DNA of 35,367 nucleotides from Cryomorphaceae bacterium (GCA_013205365.1 JABMNC010000070.1:1-35367), one strand, 5' to 3'. Counted from the stretch's first letter, positions 1 through 9,936 are shown. The notes: a model not told the origin generated them from the letters alone. A program made the numbers and translations.

Positions 1-37
1 GGAAGGGTTCGGGGCCTCAGAGCCCCAATCCATGGAC

Positions 38-859
38 TCATGGAAACATTGGAAACTTCCCAAAGTCGGGATCGCGCTTCTCTAAAAAGGCTTTTTTGCC
101 CTCTTGCGCCTCCTCCATGAGGTAGTACATCAAGGTGGCGTCTCCGGCAAACTCCATGAGTCCGCGCTGCCCGTCGAGCTCTGCATTGAGCCCGCGCTTA
201 ATCATTCGCAGAGCCATTGGGGAGAGCATCATCATCTGGCGGCACCAGTCTATCACTGTGGCTTCGAGGTCTTTGAGCGGAACCACTTTGTTCACCATGC
301 CCATGTCAAAGGCCTCTTGGGCGGTGTACTGTTGGCAAAGAAACCAAATTTCGCGTGCCTTCTTTTGACCCACGTGCCGCGCCAAGTAGCTCGAGCCAAA
401 ACCCGCATCAAAACTACCCACCCGCGGACCGGTCTGGCCAAATCGAGCATTGTCTGAAGCCACCGTAAGGTCGCAAACCACGTGCAGCACATGGCCCCCA
501 CCGATTGCGTAACCGTTGACCATGGCAAGTACCGGCTTGGGAATTTCGCGAATGCGCTTGTGAAGGTCGAGTACATTTAGGCGCGGAACGCCGTCTTCGC
601 CGACGTAGCCTCCAAGCCCTTTGACGTTTTGGTCTCCTCCGCTGCAAAAAGCCTTGTCGCCTTCGCCCGTGAGAACCACCACGCGGACGTCGCTGCGCTC
701 ACGGCAAATATCAAAGGCCTCAATCATCTGCGAATTGGTCTCTGGCCTAAAGGCGTTATAAACCTGCGGACGGTTGATGGTAACCTTGGCTATGCCCTCA
801 AAAAATTCAAATTTGATGTCGGAATAGTCCTTGATTGGGGTCCAGGCGATGTTTTTCAT
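38..859 (-). CDS. menB: 1,4-dihydroxy-2-naphthoyl-CoA synthase
   Basis: ORF 38..955 trimmed to the ATG at 859 ([12 protein letters not shown]...), 13 nt after the menD stop. Crotonase-fold MenB hallmarks: [32 protein letters not shown]-terminal [10 protein letters not shown]. Last gene of a men operon. Confidence 0.93.
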   Translation of the reverse strand: MKNIAWTPIKDYSDIKFEFFEGIAKVTINRPQVYNAFRPETNSQMIEAFDICRERSDVRVVVLTGEGDKAFCSGGDQNVKGLGGYVGEDGVPRLNVLDLHKRIREIPKPVLAMVNGYAIGGGHVLHVVCDLTVASDNARFGQTGPRVGSFDAGFGSSYLARHVGQKKAREIWFLCQQYTAQEAFDMGMVNKVVPLKDLEATVIDWCRQMMMLSPMALRMIKRGLNAELDGQRGLMEFAGDATLMYYLMEEAQEGKKAFLEKRDPDFGKFPMFP

Positions 860-872
860 AATGGGATCAAAA

Positions 873-2456
873 TTAGGCTCCAAAACGCCCCCTCCAGGCT
901 TTTTCTGAAGCATCCGGGTCGGTAAAAAGTTCCAATACGGTCGCGCCGGAATCACTAATGAACAAGGGCCAAGCAGCCTCTAATTCATCCAGATTGCTCG
1001 CGCTTCGGTAGCTAAATCCTTGATTCTCCGCGGATGCACCTACGCTTCGTCGGTGGCGAAAGCCGAAATTGCGGTCCAAGAGTCCGCTTGCCCGGGGACC
1101 CTCGATCCATTGAAAAATTTGCCCACCCTGGTTGTTGACCACTACTACCTTGAGGGCCGGGAGTGCATCATATGCCAGGCCTGCCCCGCCGTCGTATAAA
1201 AACGACAATTCGCCGGTGACCAAGATGGTGGGACGCTCGGAGGCCCACATGGCCCCCAAGGCAGTAGAGGTAATGCCGTCGATGCCGCTGACGCCGCGGT
1301 TGCCAAAATGCCGAATGCCCGGGGCGAAGAGGCCCTGACCCCATAAAAAGTTGGCATAGCGTATGGGCGTAGAGTTGCCCCAATGCAGGTCCCAACCCGA
1401 GCTAATTTTTTGGGCGATGGCCCGATGTACAGCCATGTCCTGCCAGCCCTCTGATGCCGGAGCACTGCGGCGGCGTGGCGCCCAAGGCGAACCCAAGTCG
1501 GGTGCCTCGGCAGCCAAAACCTTGAGTGCGTCGTAGGGATGGGCATAGCTGCGAGACAGCACCGAGCCAAACAGGTCAGGCAGGGGGTCGCGCGGGCCGA
1601 AAACCCAATGCTTGCAGCCTTTGAGCTTGGCCTTGGCATTTTTGGCCACCCAAGCGCCTCCGAGACTCACCACTGCATCGAAGTCAGGAATACCCAACTC
1701 CAGAGTGTCTTCGAGCTGCTCCGCCGCGTCGCTGGGCAGTTGGCTTAGGGGCTCCGCCGCAATCATCCAACCCTTGCGAGCCAGTTCACGCACCGCGGGT
1801 TCGGGATCGCCCCACGACGGGTTCCACTGACCGACCACCAGCAACGGGCGCTTGGCGTGGTGCACAAAATCGGGGAGCTCAAGGTTCAAAGGCTCGACTG
1901 CCAAAGGTTGATCGCCTAAGGGCCCAGCAGCTAGAGGCGCGATGGCTTCATAGAGCGGCTCAGCCATCGGAACGTTCAAGTGAACCGGCCCAAACCTTAG
2001 CGAGGCAAGGGCTTGATCCACCACCGCAGCATTCCATTCTAAGGTCTGGTTCAGGTTAAGCAGGCCTTTGCCGACAAGATGGTCGTCAAAAATCCGCTCT
2101 TGGCGAATGCTCTGACCCTGACCGTTGTCGATTAAAGCAGCAGGCCGGTCAGCCGTAACAACAAGCAGCGCAACCTGCTGGTAGAATGCTTCTGCAACCG
2201 CTGGCGCAAAATTCAGGGCCGCCGTACCGCTGGTGCAGACGGCAAAGGCAGGCTTGCCCGTGGCAATGGCGGCTCCGAGGGCCCAATGCGCGGCACTGCG
2301 CTCGTCAAGCAGCACCTGGTTTGGAGCCTCAAGCTCCTTAAAGGCTAGAACTAAGGGCGCGCAACGGCTGCCTGGCGAGGCCACCCACCCAGCCCAATCA
2401 TGGCGGGCAAAGCGATCGCGGAGCATTCCCGCTATTTGGGCAGAAGAAGTTTTCAC
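873..2456 (-). CDS. menD: 2-succinyl-5-enolpyruvyl-6-hydroxy-3-cyclohexene-1-carboxylate (SEPHCHC) synthase, ThDP-dependent
   Basis: ORF 873..2507. ThDP-enzyme N-terminal pattern ([51 protein letters not shown]). Start set at GTG 2456, which forms a GTGA overlap with the menF stop (2453-2455); ATG 2426 is an alternative. Confidence 0.88.
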   Translation of the reverse strand: MKTSSAQIAGMLRDRFARHDWAGWVASPGSRCAPLVLAFKELEAPNQVLLDERSAAHWALGAAIATGKPAFAVCTSGTAALNFAPAVAEAFYQQVALLVVTADRPAALIDNGQGQSIRQERIFDDHLVGKGLLNLNQTLEWNAAVVDQALASLRFGPVHLNVPMAEPLYEAIAPLAAGPLGDQPLAVEPLNLELPDFVHHAKRPLLVVGQWNPSWGDPEPAVRELARKGWMIAAEPLSQLPSDAAEQLEDTLELGIPDFDAVVSLGGAWVAKNAKAKLKGCKHWVFGPRDPLPDLFGSVLSRSYAHPYDALKVLAAEAPDLGSPWAPRRRSAPASEGWQDMAVHRAIAQKISSGWDLHWGNSTPIRYANFLWGQGLFAPGIRHFGNRGVSGIDGITSTALGAMWASERPTILVTGELSFLYDGGAGLAYDALPALKVVVVNNQGGQIFQWIEGPRASGLLDRNFGFRHRRSVGASAENQGFSYRSASNLDELEAAWPLFISDSGATVLELFTDPDASEKAWRGRFGA

Positions 2457-3430
2457 CCAATAAGAACGCTTTCGAGCGTGCGAAGTTTTTGCTCGGTTTC
2501 TACCCACTCTCCTTCGGGGTCAGACTTGGCGGTAATTCCGCCGCCGGCATAGCCAAGAAGTCCGTCGGAACCCCATTCTACGCAGCGCAAGGTGACATAA
2601 AAAACCGACCGTTCTGGGCCTGACCAGCCAAAATAGCCCGAATAATTACGACGGTTGTAGCCCTCATGAAGGCGAATGAAGGCCTGCGACTGAGCCCGCG
2701 GAAGGCCGCCCACCGCGGGAGTTGGGTGCAGGGCCAATGCGACTTCCCAGGCACTAATGGTCGAATGGACTCCGGTAATGTGGCTGCACAAATGCTCTAC
2801 GGGGCCTGCCTGCAGTACTGTAGGTCCATCGATTTCGAGGGACTGCAGCCCGAGCGCTTGAAGCATTTGAACGATGTCTTTGGTGACCACGTGCTGTTCC
2901 TCCCGCTCCTTGAGGCCCCAAACGCCTTTACTTCCGAGCAGACGGGTACCAGCCAGAGACATGGTTCGCACAACCTGGCCCTGAACCTCGGTCAGGCACT
3001 CTGGAGTTGCACCCATCCAAATGCTTGCTCCCGGGGCACGGAGCAAAAAAACAGTGGCTCTGGGGTAGGCCTCAGAGAGGCGCTCAAAGGCCTCGAGGGG
3101 CTGCACCGAACTGCTCGGGTAGGCCCGAGTTCGAGACAAGACAACCTTCTCCACCACGCCGTCTAAGCAGGCCTGACGCGCCTGCTCGACAAGATGCCGG
3201 TAGTCTTCTTCGCTGTGGGAGTCCTGAGGAGCAATCGCAGGCAGCGGACTGCGCTCTAACGCCCCCGCGATCCAACGACGACCCTCTGGGCCTTCGCCCC
3301 GAGGAATGGCCTCAAACCGTTGCAGAAGTCCGCTAAACTGGGCGATGCCAAAGTTGCCGCTGTCGGAGGGTCGAAGTTCCCAAGCCTTCGGTGCAGAACC
3401 TGACTCGCGAATCAAGGCAAGCCCGCTCAC
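2453..3430 (-). CDS. menF: isochorismate synthase
   Basis: Chorismate-binding C-terminal motifs (GATPECL, SLAGTR, HPTPAVGGLPR, RRNYSGYFGW, GYAGGGITAKSDPEGEWVETEQK). GTG start at 3430 overlaps the upstream stop (GTGA). Confidence 0.88.
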   Translation of the reverse strand: MSGLALIRESGSAPKAWELRPSDSGNFGIAQFSGLLQRFEAIPRGEGPEGRRWIAGALERSPLPAIAPQDSHSEEDYRHLVEQARQACLDGVVEKVVLSRTRAYPSSSVQPLEAFERLSEAYPRATVFLLRAPGASIWMGATPECLTEVQGQVVRTMSLAGTRLLGSKGVWGLKEREEQHVVTKDIVQMLQALGLQSLEIDGPTVLQAGPVEHLCSHITGVHSTISAWEVALALHPTPAVGGLPRAQSQAFIRLHEGYNRRNYSGYFGWSGPERSVFYVTLRCVEWGSDGLLGYAGGGITAKSDPEGEWVETEQKLRTLESVLIG

Positions 3431-3861
3431 TCGTGCTGCTTGTGCACCCGCGGCACAATCGCGTTGGTCATTTTTACAAACGTAACAAGCTTGCCCGCAT
3501 CGTCCACAACCCGAATTTCAAGCACATGGGTACTGCGCCCGCGGTGCAAAAAAGTGGCTGTTCCGTGTACAAACCCGGCTCGTGCACTGCGCACGTGGTT
3601 GGCCGCTATCTCGAGTCCAACGGCTACAAAATTCTGCGGGTCGTCCAAAAAAATCTGCGATGCTGCACTGCCAGCAGTCTCCGCAAGGGCCACCGTGGCT
3701 CCGCCGTGCAGCAGTCCGAGGGGCTGCATGTGCCCAGCAGTTACCGGCATGCGAACGGTCAGTGAGGACTCGGTCATGGCCATGTATTCGATCCCGAGGG
3801 TCTGCATCAACGTACCCTCGCGGCGGCGGTTCAGTTCGGCCAAAATTTCAGTGTGCGTCAT
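3427..3861 (-). CDS. PaaI/hotdog-fold acyl-CoA thioesterase, probable 1,4-dihydroxy-2-naphthoyl-CoA hydrolase
   Basis: 144 aa with the PaaI-type core LGLLHGGATVALAETAGS. First gene of the men operon and translationally coupled to menF. The DHNA-CoA role is inferred from context only. Confidence 0.75.
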   Translation of the reverse strand: MTHTEILAELNRRREGTLMQTLGIEYMAMTESSLTVRMPVTAGHMQPLGLLHGGATVALAETAGSAASQIFLDDPQNFVAVGLEIAANHVRSARAGFVHGTATFLHRGRSTHVLEIRVVDDAGKLVTFVKMTNAIVPRVHKQHE

Positions 3862-3867
3862 GGCCCG

Positions 3868-3875
3868 TAAAGATA
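3868..3875 (-). promoter_or_regulatory. -7-like promoter box TATCTTTA (TAnnTTTG with G to A) for the men operon
   Basis: Minus-strand reading of taaagata. 6 nt separate it from the thioesterase ATG (3861). Confidence 0.35.
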
Positions 3876-3886
3876 GGCACCGACTA

Positions 3887-3894
3887 TACCTTTG
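3887..3894 (+). promoter_or_regulatory. Bacteroidota-type -7 promoter box TACCTTTG for thrS
   Basis: Perfect TAnnTTTG, 27 nt upstream of the thrS ATG (3922), in a 60-nt divergent intergenic region. Confidence 0.55.
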
Positions 3895-3921
3895 CCTCTT
3901 AACTTCAGTCGTAGCGAAGCA

Positions 3922-5856
3922 ATGCTTACCATAACCCTCCCCGACGGCTCTGTCCGCTCCTATCCCGACGGTTCAACCGCCCTTCAGGTTGCCGAATCCA
4001 TAAGCCGCGGGCTCGCGCAAAACGCCCTCACTGCCAAGTGGAACGGGGAAAGCCTAGAACTCCATGAGGCTCTAAGCGGCAGCGGATCGCTCGTCTTCTT
4101 CACCTGGGACCAGCCCGAAGGCAAAACAGCATTTTGGCACTCCTCAGCCCACGTGCTGGCGCAGAGCATTCTGCACTTTTACCCCGATGCACTGCTCACC
4201 ATTGGTCCCGCTATTGAGAACGGATTTTACTACGACGTGGACTTTCGCGGAGCTGCATTTGGCGAAGGGGATTTTGAAAAGCTCGATAAGCAGATGCTCG
4301 AATTCGCTCGCGAAAAATCAGCGTTCTCGAAGCGGTCGGTTACTAAGGCTGAGGCTTTGACTGCCTATGCCCAAAATCCGTTTAAAACCGAGCTTATAGA
4401 GAACCTAGAAGACGGCAGCATCACGTTCTGCGACCACGCGGACTTCACCGACCTATGCCGTGGAGGGCATATTCCCAACACAGGCCTAATCAAGGCTATA
4501 AAAATTATGAAGGTGGCTGGCGCCTACTGGCGTGCCAACGACAAGAATCCCCAGCTCACTCGAGTCTATGGCGTGTCGTTCCCAAAGGCCAGCATGCTCG
4601 AGGAGCACCTCGCCCTGCTCGAAGAGGCCAAAAAACGCGACCACCGCAAACTAGGGCGCGAGCTAGAGCTTTTCACTTTTAGTCAAAAAGTTGGCCCAGG
4701 ACTGCCCCTGTGGTTGCCCAAAGGTGCCGCCCTGCGCGAGCGATTGGAGAACTTTTTGAAGGCTGCACAAAAAAAGGCGGGCTACCTGCCCGTAATCACG
4801 CCCCACATTGGGAGCAAGGAGCTTTATGTGCTTTCGGGCCACTATGAGAAGTACGGCAAGGATTCCTTTCAGCCTATTCACACCCCTGAAGAAGGCGAAG
4901 AGTACCTGCTCAAGCCAATGAATTGCCCGCACCACTGCGAAATTTATAAGTCTCAGCCTCGGTCCTACCGCGACCTGCCGCTTCGCTTTGCAGAGTTTGG
5001 AACGGTGTACCGCTACGAGCAAAGTGGCGAGCTTCACGGCCTGACCAGGGTGCGCGGATTCACCCAAGACGATGCCCACCTGTTTTGCACCCCAGACCAG
5101 CTCCTTGACGAGTTCTTGAAGGTCATTGACTTGGTGCTTTACATCTTTAAAACCCTTGATTTCCCGTCGTTTAAGGCGCAAGTAAGCCTGCGTGACCCGA
5201 ACAACCCGAGCAAGTATATCGGCAGTGCCGAAAACTGGGAAAAGGCCGAGAATGCCATTTTGGAGGCCGCGAAAATCAAGGAGCTTCCGCACGTTATTGA
5301 GTACGGAGAAGCCGCATTTTATGGCCCTAAGCTCGACTTTATGGTGCGCGATGCCATCGGCCGTGAATGGCAACTCGGAACCATACAAGTGGACTACAAC
5401 CTTCCGGAGCGCTTTGAGCTCGAGTACAAGGGAGCTGACAACGAGATGCACCGCCCGGTCATGATTCACAGAGCGCCCTTTGGATCCATGGAGCGTTTTG
5501 TAGCCGTTCTCATCGAGCATTGCGGCGGAAACTTCCCCCTTTGGCTGACCCCAGAGCAGGCGGTGGTTCTCCCGGTATCGGAACGTTTCAACGAGTATGC
5601 GCAACAGGTTGTGAGTCTGCTCGAAATGTCCGATATTCGCGCCCTCGTTGACGACCGGAATGAAAAGGTTGGTCGCAAAATCCGCGATGCGGAAATGCGT
5701 AAGGTCCCCTTCATGCTAGTGGTCGGCGAGAAAGAGCAGGAATCTCAAACTGTGTCGGTTCGCCGCCATGGAGAAGGAGACCTCGGAGCAGAGTCGCCCG
5801 CAGAATTTGTGGAGCGCATTCGTGCCGAGGTTGCCCAACGGCTAAGCGCTCTTTGA
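3922..5856 (+). CDS. thrS: threonine--tRNA ligase
   Basis: ORF 3892..5856 trimmed to ATG 3922 ([13 protein letters not shown] domain). Class II aaRS and ThrRS motifs present ([46 protein letters not shown]). The TTG at 3892 lies inside the promoter box. Confidence 0.96.
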   Translation: MLTITLPDGSVRSYPDGSTALQVAESISRGLAQNALTAKWNGESLELHEALSGSGSLVFFTWDQPEGKTAFWHSSAHVLAQSILHFYPDALLTIGPAIENGFYYDVDFRGAAFGEGDFEKLDKQMLEFAREKSAFSKRSVTKAEALTAYAQNPFKTELIENLEDGSITFCDHADFTDLCRGGHIPNTGLIKAIKIMKVAGAYWRANDKNPQLTRVYGVSFPKASMLEEHLALLEEAKKRDHRKLGRELELFTFSQKVGPGLPLWLPKGAALRERLENFLKAAQKKAGYLPVITPHIGSKELYVLSGHYEKYGKDSFQPIHTPEEGEEYLLKPMNCPHHCEIYKSQPRSYRDLPLRFAEFGTVYRYEQSGELHGLTRVRGFTQDDAHLFCTPDQLLDEFLKVIDLVLYIFKTLDFPSFKAQVSLRDPNNPSKYIGSAENWEKAENAILEAAKIKELPHVIEYGEAAFYGPKLDFMVRDAIGREWQLGTIQVDYNLPERFELEYKGADNEMHRPVMIHRAPFGSMERFVAVLIEHCGGNFPLWLTPEQAVVLPVSERFNEYAQQVVSLLEMSDIRALVDDRNEKVGRKIRDAEMRKVPFMLVVGEKEQESQTVSVRRHGEGDLGAESPAEFVERIRAEVAQRLSAL

Positions 5857-5874
5857 GCCGTTTAATGAATTTAA

Positions 5875-6450
5875 ATACTGAACCTTCTGAGGAACAATAA
5901 ACCTTCGGGTCCCCGTCAAGGGCGAGGCTACCGCGAGCCGGAAGCACTCCACAAGATTAACGAACACATTCGTGTTTCGACAGTCCGCCTCTTGAGGGAT
6001 GAGCAAGAACCCGTCGTCTTATCAGTGCGAGAAGCCCAGGCCTTGGCCGAAGCAGACGAGCTTGATTTGGTGATGATTGCCGAGAACGCCGATCCCCCTG
6101 TCTGCAAAATAATAGACTACAAGAAGTTCTTGTACGATCAAAAGAAGAAGCAGAAAGAAATCGCCGCCAGAGCACAAAAAGTGGTTGTCAAAGAGATCCG
6201 TTTCGGACCGCAAACTGACGACCACGATTACGAGTTCAAACTCAGGCACGCCCGTAAGTTTCTAGAGGAAGGAGCCAAGTTGAAGAGTTTTGTATTCTTC
6301 CGTGGACGCTCCATCATCTATAAAGAGCAAGGCGAACTGCTGCTGCTCCGATTGGCACAAGACGTTGCCGATTTGGGTAAAGTAGAAGCCCTACCCCACC
6401 TCGAAGGGAAGCGAATGTTCATTCTTATCGCTCCAACCAAAAAGAAATAG
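5875..6450 (+). CDS. infC: translation initiation factor IF-3 (non-canonical start codon)
   Basis: The track ORF starts at TTG 5992, but the conserved IF-3 N-terminal segment [14 protein letters not shown] is encoded in frame upstream (5953-5991). The frame is open back to TAA 5872-5874 with no ATG/GTG/TTG in between. Candidate starts are ATA 5875, CTG 5878/5887 and ATT 5956. The exact start is uncertain. Confidence 0.85.
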   Translation: MLNLLRNNKPSGPRQGRGYREPEALHKINEHIRVSTVRLLRDEQEPVVLSVREAQALAEADELDLVMIAENADPPVCKIIDYKKFLYDQKKKQKEIAARAQKVVVKEIRFGPQTDDHDYEFKLRHARKFLEEGAKLKSFVFFRGRSIIYKEQGELLLLRLAQDVADLGKVEALPHLEGKRMFILIAPTKKK

Positions 6451-6474
6451 TAGCCCCAATAAAAGATCTGTACC

Positions 6475-6669
6475 ATGCCTAAGATGAAGACCAAATCCAG
6501 CGCCAAGAAGCGATTCAAGCTTACGGGCACTGGTCAAATCAAGCGCAAACACGCTTTCAAGAGCCACATTCTTACCAAAAAAGCTACGGACCGCAAGCGC
6601 CGCCTTACCCATTCAACGTTGGTGCACGCCTCCGACATGAATTCGGTAAAGGAGATGCTCGTAATGTAG
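6475..6669 (+). CDS. rpmI: 50S ribosomal protein L35
   Basis: 64 aa, [36 protein letters not shown]. Located in the infC-rpmI-rplT context. Confidence 0.96.
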   Translation: MPKMKTKSSAKKRFKLTGTGQIKRKHAFKSHILTKKATDRKRRLTHSTLVHASDMNSVKEMLVM

Positions 6670-6774
6670 TTTTTTGTTTTGTTATCTGGTTTAATTAACC
6701 CTGCGTAAGCGCCCCTAAGAGTCTGCCAAGTCTTATAAACTGAAGCAGTCCGCGCTACCAAAAATCTAGTAAAT

Positions 6775-7119
6775 ATGCCTCGTTCAGTAAATAATGTAGC
6801 TTCTCGTGCACGCCGCAAGCGCGTGCTAAAAATGGCCAGAGGCTACTTTGGCCGCCGTAAAAATGTTTGGACGGTCGCCAAAAACGCCGTTGAAAAAGCC
6901 CTGGGTTACGCCTACCGTGACCGCCGTGCTAAGAAGCGCAACTTTCGCGCCCTTTGGATTACCCGCATCAACGCTGGTGCACGCATTCATGGAATGTCCT
7001 ACAGCCAGCTGATGGGCAAGCTTCACGCCAACAGCATTGAACTCAACCGCAAGGTTTTGGCCGACCTGGCCATGAACCATCCGGAGGCGTTCAAGTCGGT
7101 TGTTGACCGAGTAAAGTAG
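6775..7119 (+). CDS. rplT: 50S ribosomal protein L20
   Basis: 114 aa, [30 protein letters not shown]...[20 protein letters not shown]. Confidence 0.96.
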   Translation: MPRSVNNVASRARRKRVLKMARGYFGRRKNVWTVAKNAVEKALGYAYRDRRAKKRNFRALWITRINAGARIHGMSYSQLMGKLHANSIELNRKVLADLAMNHPEAFKSVVDRVK

Positions 7120-7137
7120 ATCCTTAACGACTTTATA

Positions 7138-7182
7138 GAAGACCTTGGACCACGCAGGTGGTTCCTTGGTCTTCTTTGTATT
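7138..7182 (+). terminator. probable intrinsic terminator after rplT
   Basis: Imperfect hairpin: 7138-7153 pairs with 7158-7174 (about 14 bp, GCAG loop, one 2x2 internal loop and one bulge). It is followed by TTTGTATT and lies between the convergent rplT and ABC ATPase genes. Confidence 0.55.
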
Positions 7183-7222
7183 GAATACCACTCAAGGGAT
7201 TTGATGATTTCAGGGTGGCCTT

Positions 7223-8161
7223 TTAAGGGAGCCTCAGAATCCAAGGCTGCCCTGATGCCGACACCAGCCGCACCATGTTGGCCGACCCTTCGGACCAGCG
7301 TTCTAACTCGCGGCATGGGCCACAGTGGAATTCAAGTTCGGTTCGGCTGAGGTGTTCCGGCCTTAGGAACCACCTTCGCCCCTGCCGAAAGGCATTCTTA
7401 TGGCCGCGAAGGCCGTCGGGAACCCTAGACAGCACGAAGTCATTGAGTGGGCCCCAAGCGTAGGCCATGGGTTTCGTTTTGGGCGCAGCATAGATTTGGT
7501 CTGAAGGTCCCGATTCTACGATTTGTCCCTGCTGCATAACGTCGATTCGGTCGGCCCATCGCATGGCATCTCGGGCGTCGTGCGCTACAAATACTACGGT
7601 CGCCTTTGTTTTGTGCTGCCAGGCCTTGAGCAACTGAATCAGGCGCTCCTTGAGGAATCCGTCTACATGGCTGAATGGTTCGTCGAGCAAAAGCACCTTA
7701 GGGCGGCCTAAAAGCGCTCGGCCAATAGAGAGGCGCTGCTGTTCTCCGCCCGACAGGCTGTTGGCAAGACGTGAAGGGTCCATGCCTAAATGAAGGGTCC
7801 GCATGATTCGGCGAACGATGCGATCTTCTTGGTCCTCAAGCCGCCCATGCACCAAATCAAGCAGGTTGTCGCGCAAGCTTCGGTAGGGAGATAGGCCAAA
7901 GTCCTGCTTGACCCAAACCACCCCGGGATGCCCTGCAATCAGGCGGTCGCGGTTTGGTCGCGCAGACCCGACCCAAGATTCTCCTGAGTCCGCAAAAACT
8001 TCACCTGCAATAACCGAGAGAAGCGTGGACTTGCCCGAACCCGAAGGGCCGTAGAGCGCCACAACCTGACCGGCTTCCACCGACCAAAATGGTATATCAA
8101 GCAAAAATGAGCCCCGAGCCAGGCACAAACCTTGTGCGCGCAGCGCAGTGGATCGGGCCAC
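7223..8161 (-). CDS. ABC transporter ATP-binding protein (orphan ATPase with a C-terminal extension of about 90 aa)
   Basis: Walker A GPSGSGKST, signature LSGGEQQRL, Walker B LLLDEPFSHVD, H-loop VAHD. GTG start at 8161 is 2 nt after the lpdA stop. No permease gene is adjacent. Confidence 0.85.
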   Translation of the reverse strand: MARSTALRAQGLCLARGSFLLDIPFWSVEAGQVVALYGPSGSGKSTLLSVIAGEVFADSGESWVGSARPNRDRLIAGHPGVVWVKQDFGLSPYRSLRDNLLDLVHGRLEDQEDRIVRRIMRTLHLGMDPSRLANSLSGGEQQRLSIGRALLGRPKVLLLDEPFSHVDGFLKERLIQLLKAWQHKTKATVVFVAHDARDAMRWADRIDVMQQGQIVESGPSDQIYAAPKTKPMAYAWGPLNDFVLSRVPDGLRGHKNAFRQGRRWFLRPEHLSRTELEFHCGPCRELERWSEGSANMVRLVSASGQPWILRLP

Positions 8162-8163
8162 GT

Positions 8164-9549
8164 TTAGAGGTGGATCACCTCGCCGTAGGCCGCGGCCGTA
8201 GCCTCCATGACCGCCTCAGACATGGTCGGGTGCGGATGCACCGCTTTGAGAAGCTCCATTCCCGTGGTTTCGAGCTTTCGGGCCGTTACGACCTCGGCAA
8301 TCATCTCGGTAACATTGGAGCCAATCATGTGGGCACCAAGCAGTTCACCGTATTTCGCGTCGTAGACCATCTTGACAAAACCTTCCTTGGCTCCCGAGGC
8401 CGAAGCCTTGCCGGAGGCACTAAAGGGAAACTTACCAACCTTAACCTCAAAACCGGCTTCTATGGCCGCTTTTTCGGTGTAGCCCACACTGGCAATCTCC
8501 GGAGAGCAGTAGGTGCATCCGGGAATATTATTGTAGTCCATCGCCTGGGGATGGTGGCCCGCAATAGACTCCACGCAAATAATGCCCTCGGCAGAGGCCA
8601 CGTGCGCCAGAGCTTGCCCCTTGACAACGTCTCCGATGGCGTAGTAGCCTGGAATGCTCGTGCGGTAAAACTCGTCAACCGCAATGCGCCCCTTGTCAAC
8701 CGAAATGCCGACGCTCTCGAGGCCGATGTTTTCAATGTTCGGACTCACCCCGACCGCACTCAAAACCACGTCGCACTCCAAAACATGCTCGCCCTTGGCG
8801 TCAGCATAGGTGACTTTGCAGCCCTTGCCCTTGGTATCGACCGACTTAACCTCAGCACTCGTTATAATATCGATGCCCTTCTTCTTGAATACCTGTTCTA
8901 GGGTCTTGCTCACCTCTTCGTCTTCATTGGGCACAATACGCGGTAAATACTCTACAATGGTGACCTTGGTCCCCATGGCATTATAAACATAAGCGAACTC
9001 TACCCCAATGGCTCCCGAGCCGGCAATTACCATACTCTTGGGCTGCTCTGCAAGAACCATAGCCTCGCGGTAGCCCATGATTTTTTTGCCGTCTTGGGGC
9101 AGATTGGGTAAAACGCGGCTGCGTCCGCCTGTAGCAATAATGATGTGCTTGGCACTGATGACTTGAGTTCCAGAATCGCCCTTGACCTCGACCTTGCGGC
9201 CGGGCATGAGGGTTCCCTGCCCCATGTGCACGTCAATCTTGTTCTTCTTCATTAAAAACTGAATGCCCTTAGACATTCCGCCTGCGATATCACGGCTGCG
9301 GGCAACCACTTTGCCAAAATCGTGCTTGGCATCCTTAACGGTGATTCCGTATTCCTCGGCATGCTGTATGTATTCAAATACCTGCGCACTCTTGATCAAG
9401 GCCTTGGTGGGAATGCATCCCCAATTCAAGCAAACTCCGCCGAGGCTTTCTTTTTCAACAACTGCCGTTTTTAAGCCTAGTTGGCTGGCGCGAATCGCGG
9501 CTACATAACCGCCCGGGCCCGAGCCCAATACCAAAACATCGTATTCCAT
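8164..9549 (-). CDS. lpdA: dihydrolipoyl dehydrogenase
   Basis: 461 aa. FAD motif VLGSGPGGYVAA, redox-active disulfide GGVCLNWGCIPTK, C-terminal HPHPTMSE. Confidence 0.95.
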   Translation of the reverse strand: MEYDVLVLGSGPGGYVAAIRASQLGLKTAVVEKESLGGVCLNWGCIPTKALIKSAQVFEYIQHAEEYGITVKDAKHDFGKVVARSRDIAGGMSKGIQFLMKKNKIDVHMGQGTLMPGRKVEVKGDSGTQVISAKHIIIATGGRSRVLPNLPQDGKKIMGYREAMVLAEQPKSMVIAGSGAIGVEFAYVYNAMGTKVTIVEYLPRIVPNEDEEVSKTLEQVFKKKGIDIITSAEVKSVDTKGKGCKVTYADAKGEHVLECDVVLSAVGVSPNIENIGLESVGISVDKGRIAVDEFYRTSIPGYYAIGDVVKGQALAHVASAEGIICVESIAGHHPQAMDYNNIPGCTYCSPEIASVGYTEKAAIEAGFEVKVGKFPFSASGKASASGAKEGFVKMVYDAKYGELLGAHMIGSNVTEMIAEVVTARKLETTGMELLKAVHPHPTMSEAVMEATAAAYGEVIHL

Positions 9550-9551
9550 AG

Positions 9552-9932
9552 CTACAAAGGTAGGCAGGCCACTGCAGAAATTTCGAAGCGCGCATTCATG
9601 GGAAGGCCTAAAACCGCGACGGTTTCACGCGCCGGCTTGGCATCGCCCATGAATTCCGCATAAATCGCGTTAACCGCTGCAAAATCCGCCATGTCGCGCA
9701 AAAACAAGCTGCATTTTGCCACATGCATGAATCCCAAACCCTGGCTCTCAAGCAGTGATTTTAGGTTGGTTAGGGCCATCCTGACCTCTGACTCTAAACT
9801 GTCGTTTAAAAAGGTCCCGTCGGGACTAAGGGCAATCATGCCCGAGATAAAAAGATGGGAGCCGGACCAAACCGCTTGGCTGTAGGGTCCGATTGGCGCA
9901 GGGGCATTGGCAGTGTAAACTGGTCGTATCAT
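9552..9932 (-). CDS. ridA: RidA/YjgF family reactive-intermediate (enamine/imine) deaminase
   Basis: 126 aa. APAPIGPYSQAV...FISG, ARETVAV..LP, ARFEI. Confidence 0.88.
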   Translation of the reverse strand: MIRPVYTANAPAPIGPYSQAVWSGSHLFISGMIALSPDGTFLNDSLESEVRMALTNLKSLLESQGLGFMHVAKCSLFLRDMADFAAVNAIYAEFMGDAKPARETVAVLGLPMNARFEISAVACLPL

Positions 9933-9936
9933 ACTC

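Noticed and set aside
11-26. A small GC hairpin (ggggc ctcaga gcccc) just downstream of menB, considered as a terminator.
   Set aside because: The stem is only 5 bp and no T-tract follows on the minus strand. The window edge also prevents assessment of the context.
859-955. N-terminal extensions of many track ORFs, for example menB to 955, thrS from 3892, pabA from 9893, ilvE from 19709, DUF4920 to 19759, rho from 26342, pyrR from 28313, pyrB from 28890, the 29794 ORF and DUF4293 to 26373.
   Set aside because: The extensions overlap neighbouring genes or promoter boxes and often begin at TTG or GTG. They encode non-conserved sequence ahead of a canonical N-terminus that starts at an internal ATG.
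4663-5604. A 313-aa antisense ORF inside thrS. Similar long shadow ORFs occur at 8089..8901 in lpdA, 13414..14274 in the amidase gene, 15946..16530 in the Fe-S gene, 33811..34386 and 34396..34980 in purB, and 104..457, 1145..1639 and 2666..3166 in the men genes.
   Set aside because: These are typical stop-poor antisense frames of GC-rich coding DNA. The translations are low-complexity (R/G/A/L-rich) with no motifs. The sense-strand genes are unambiguous.
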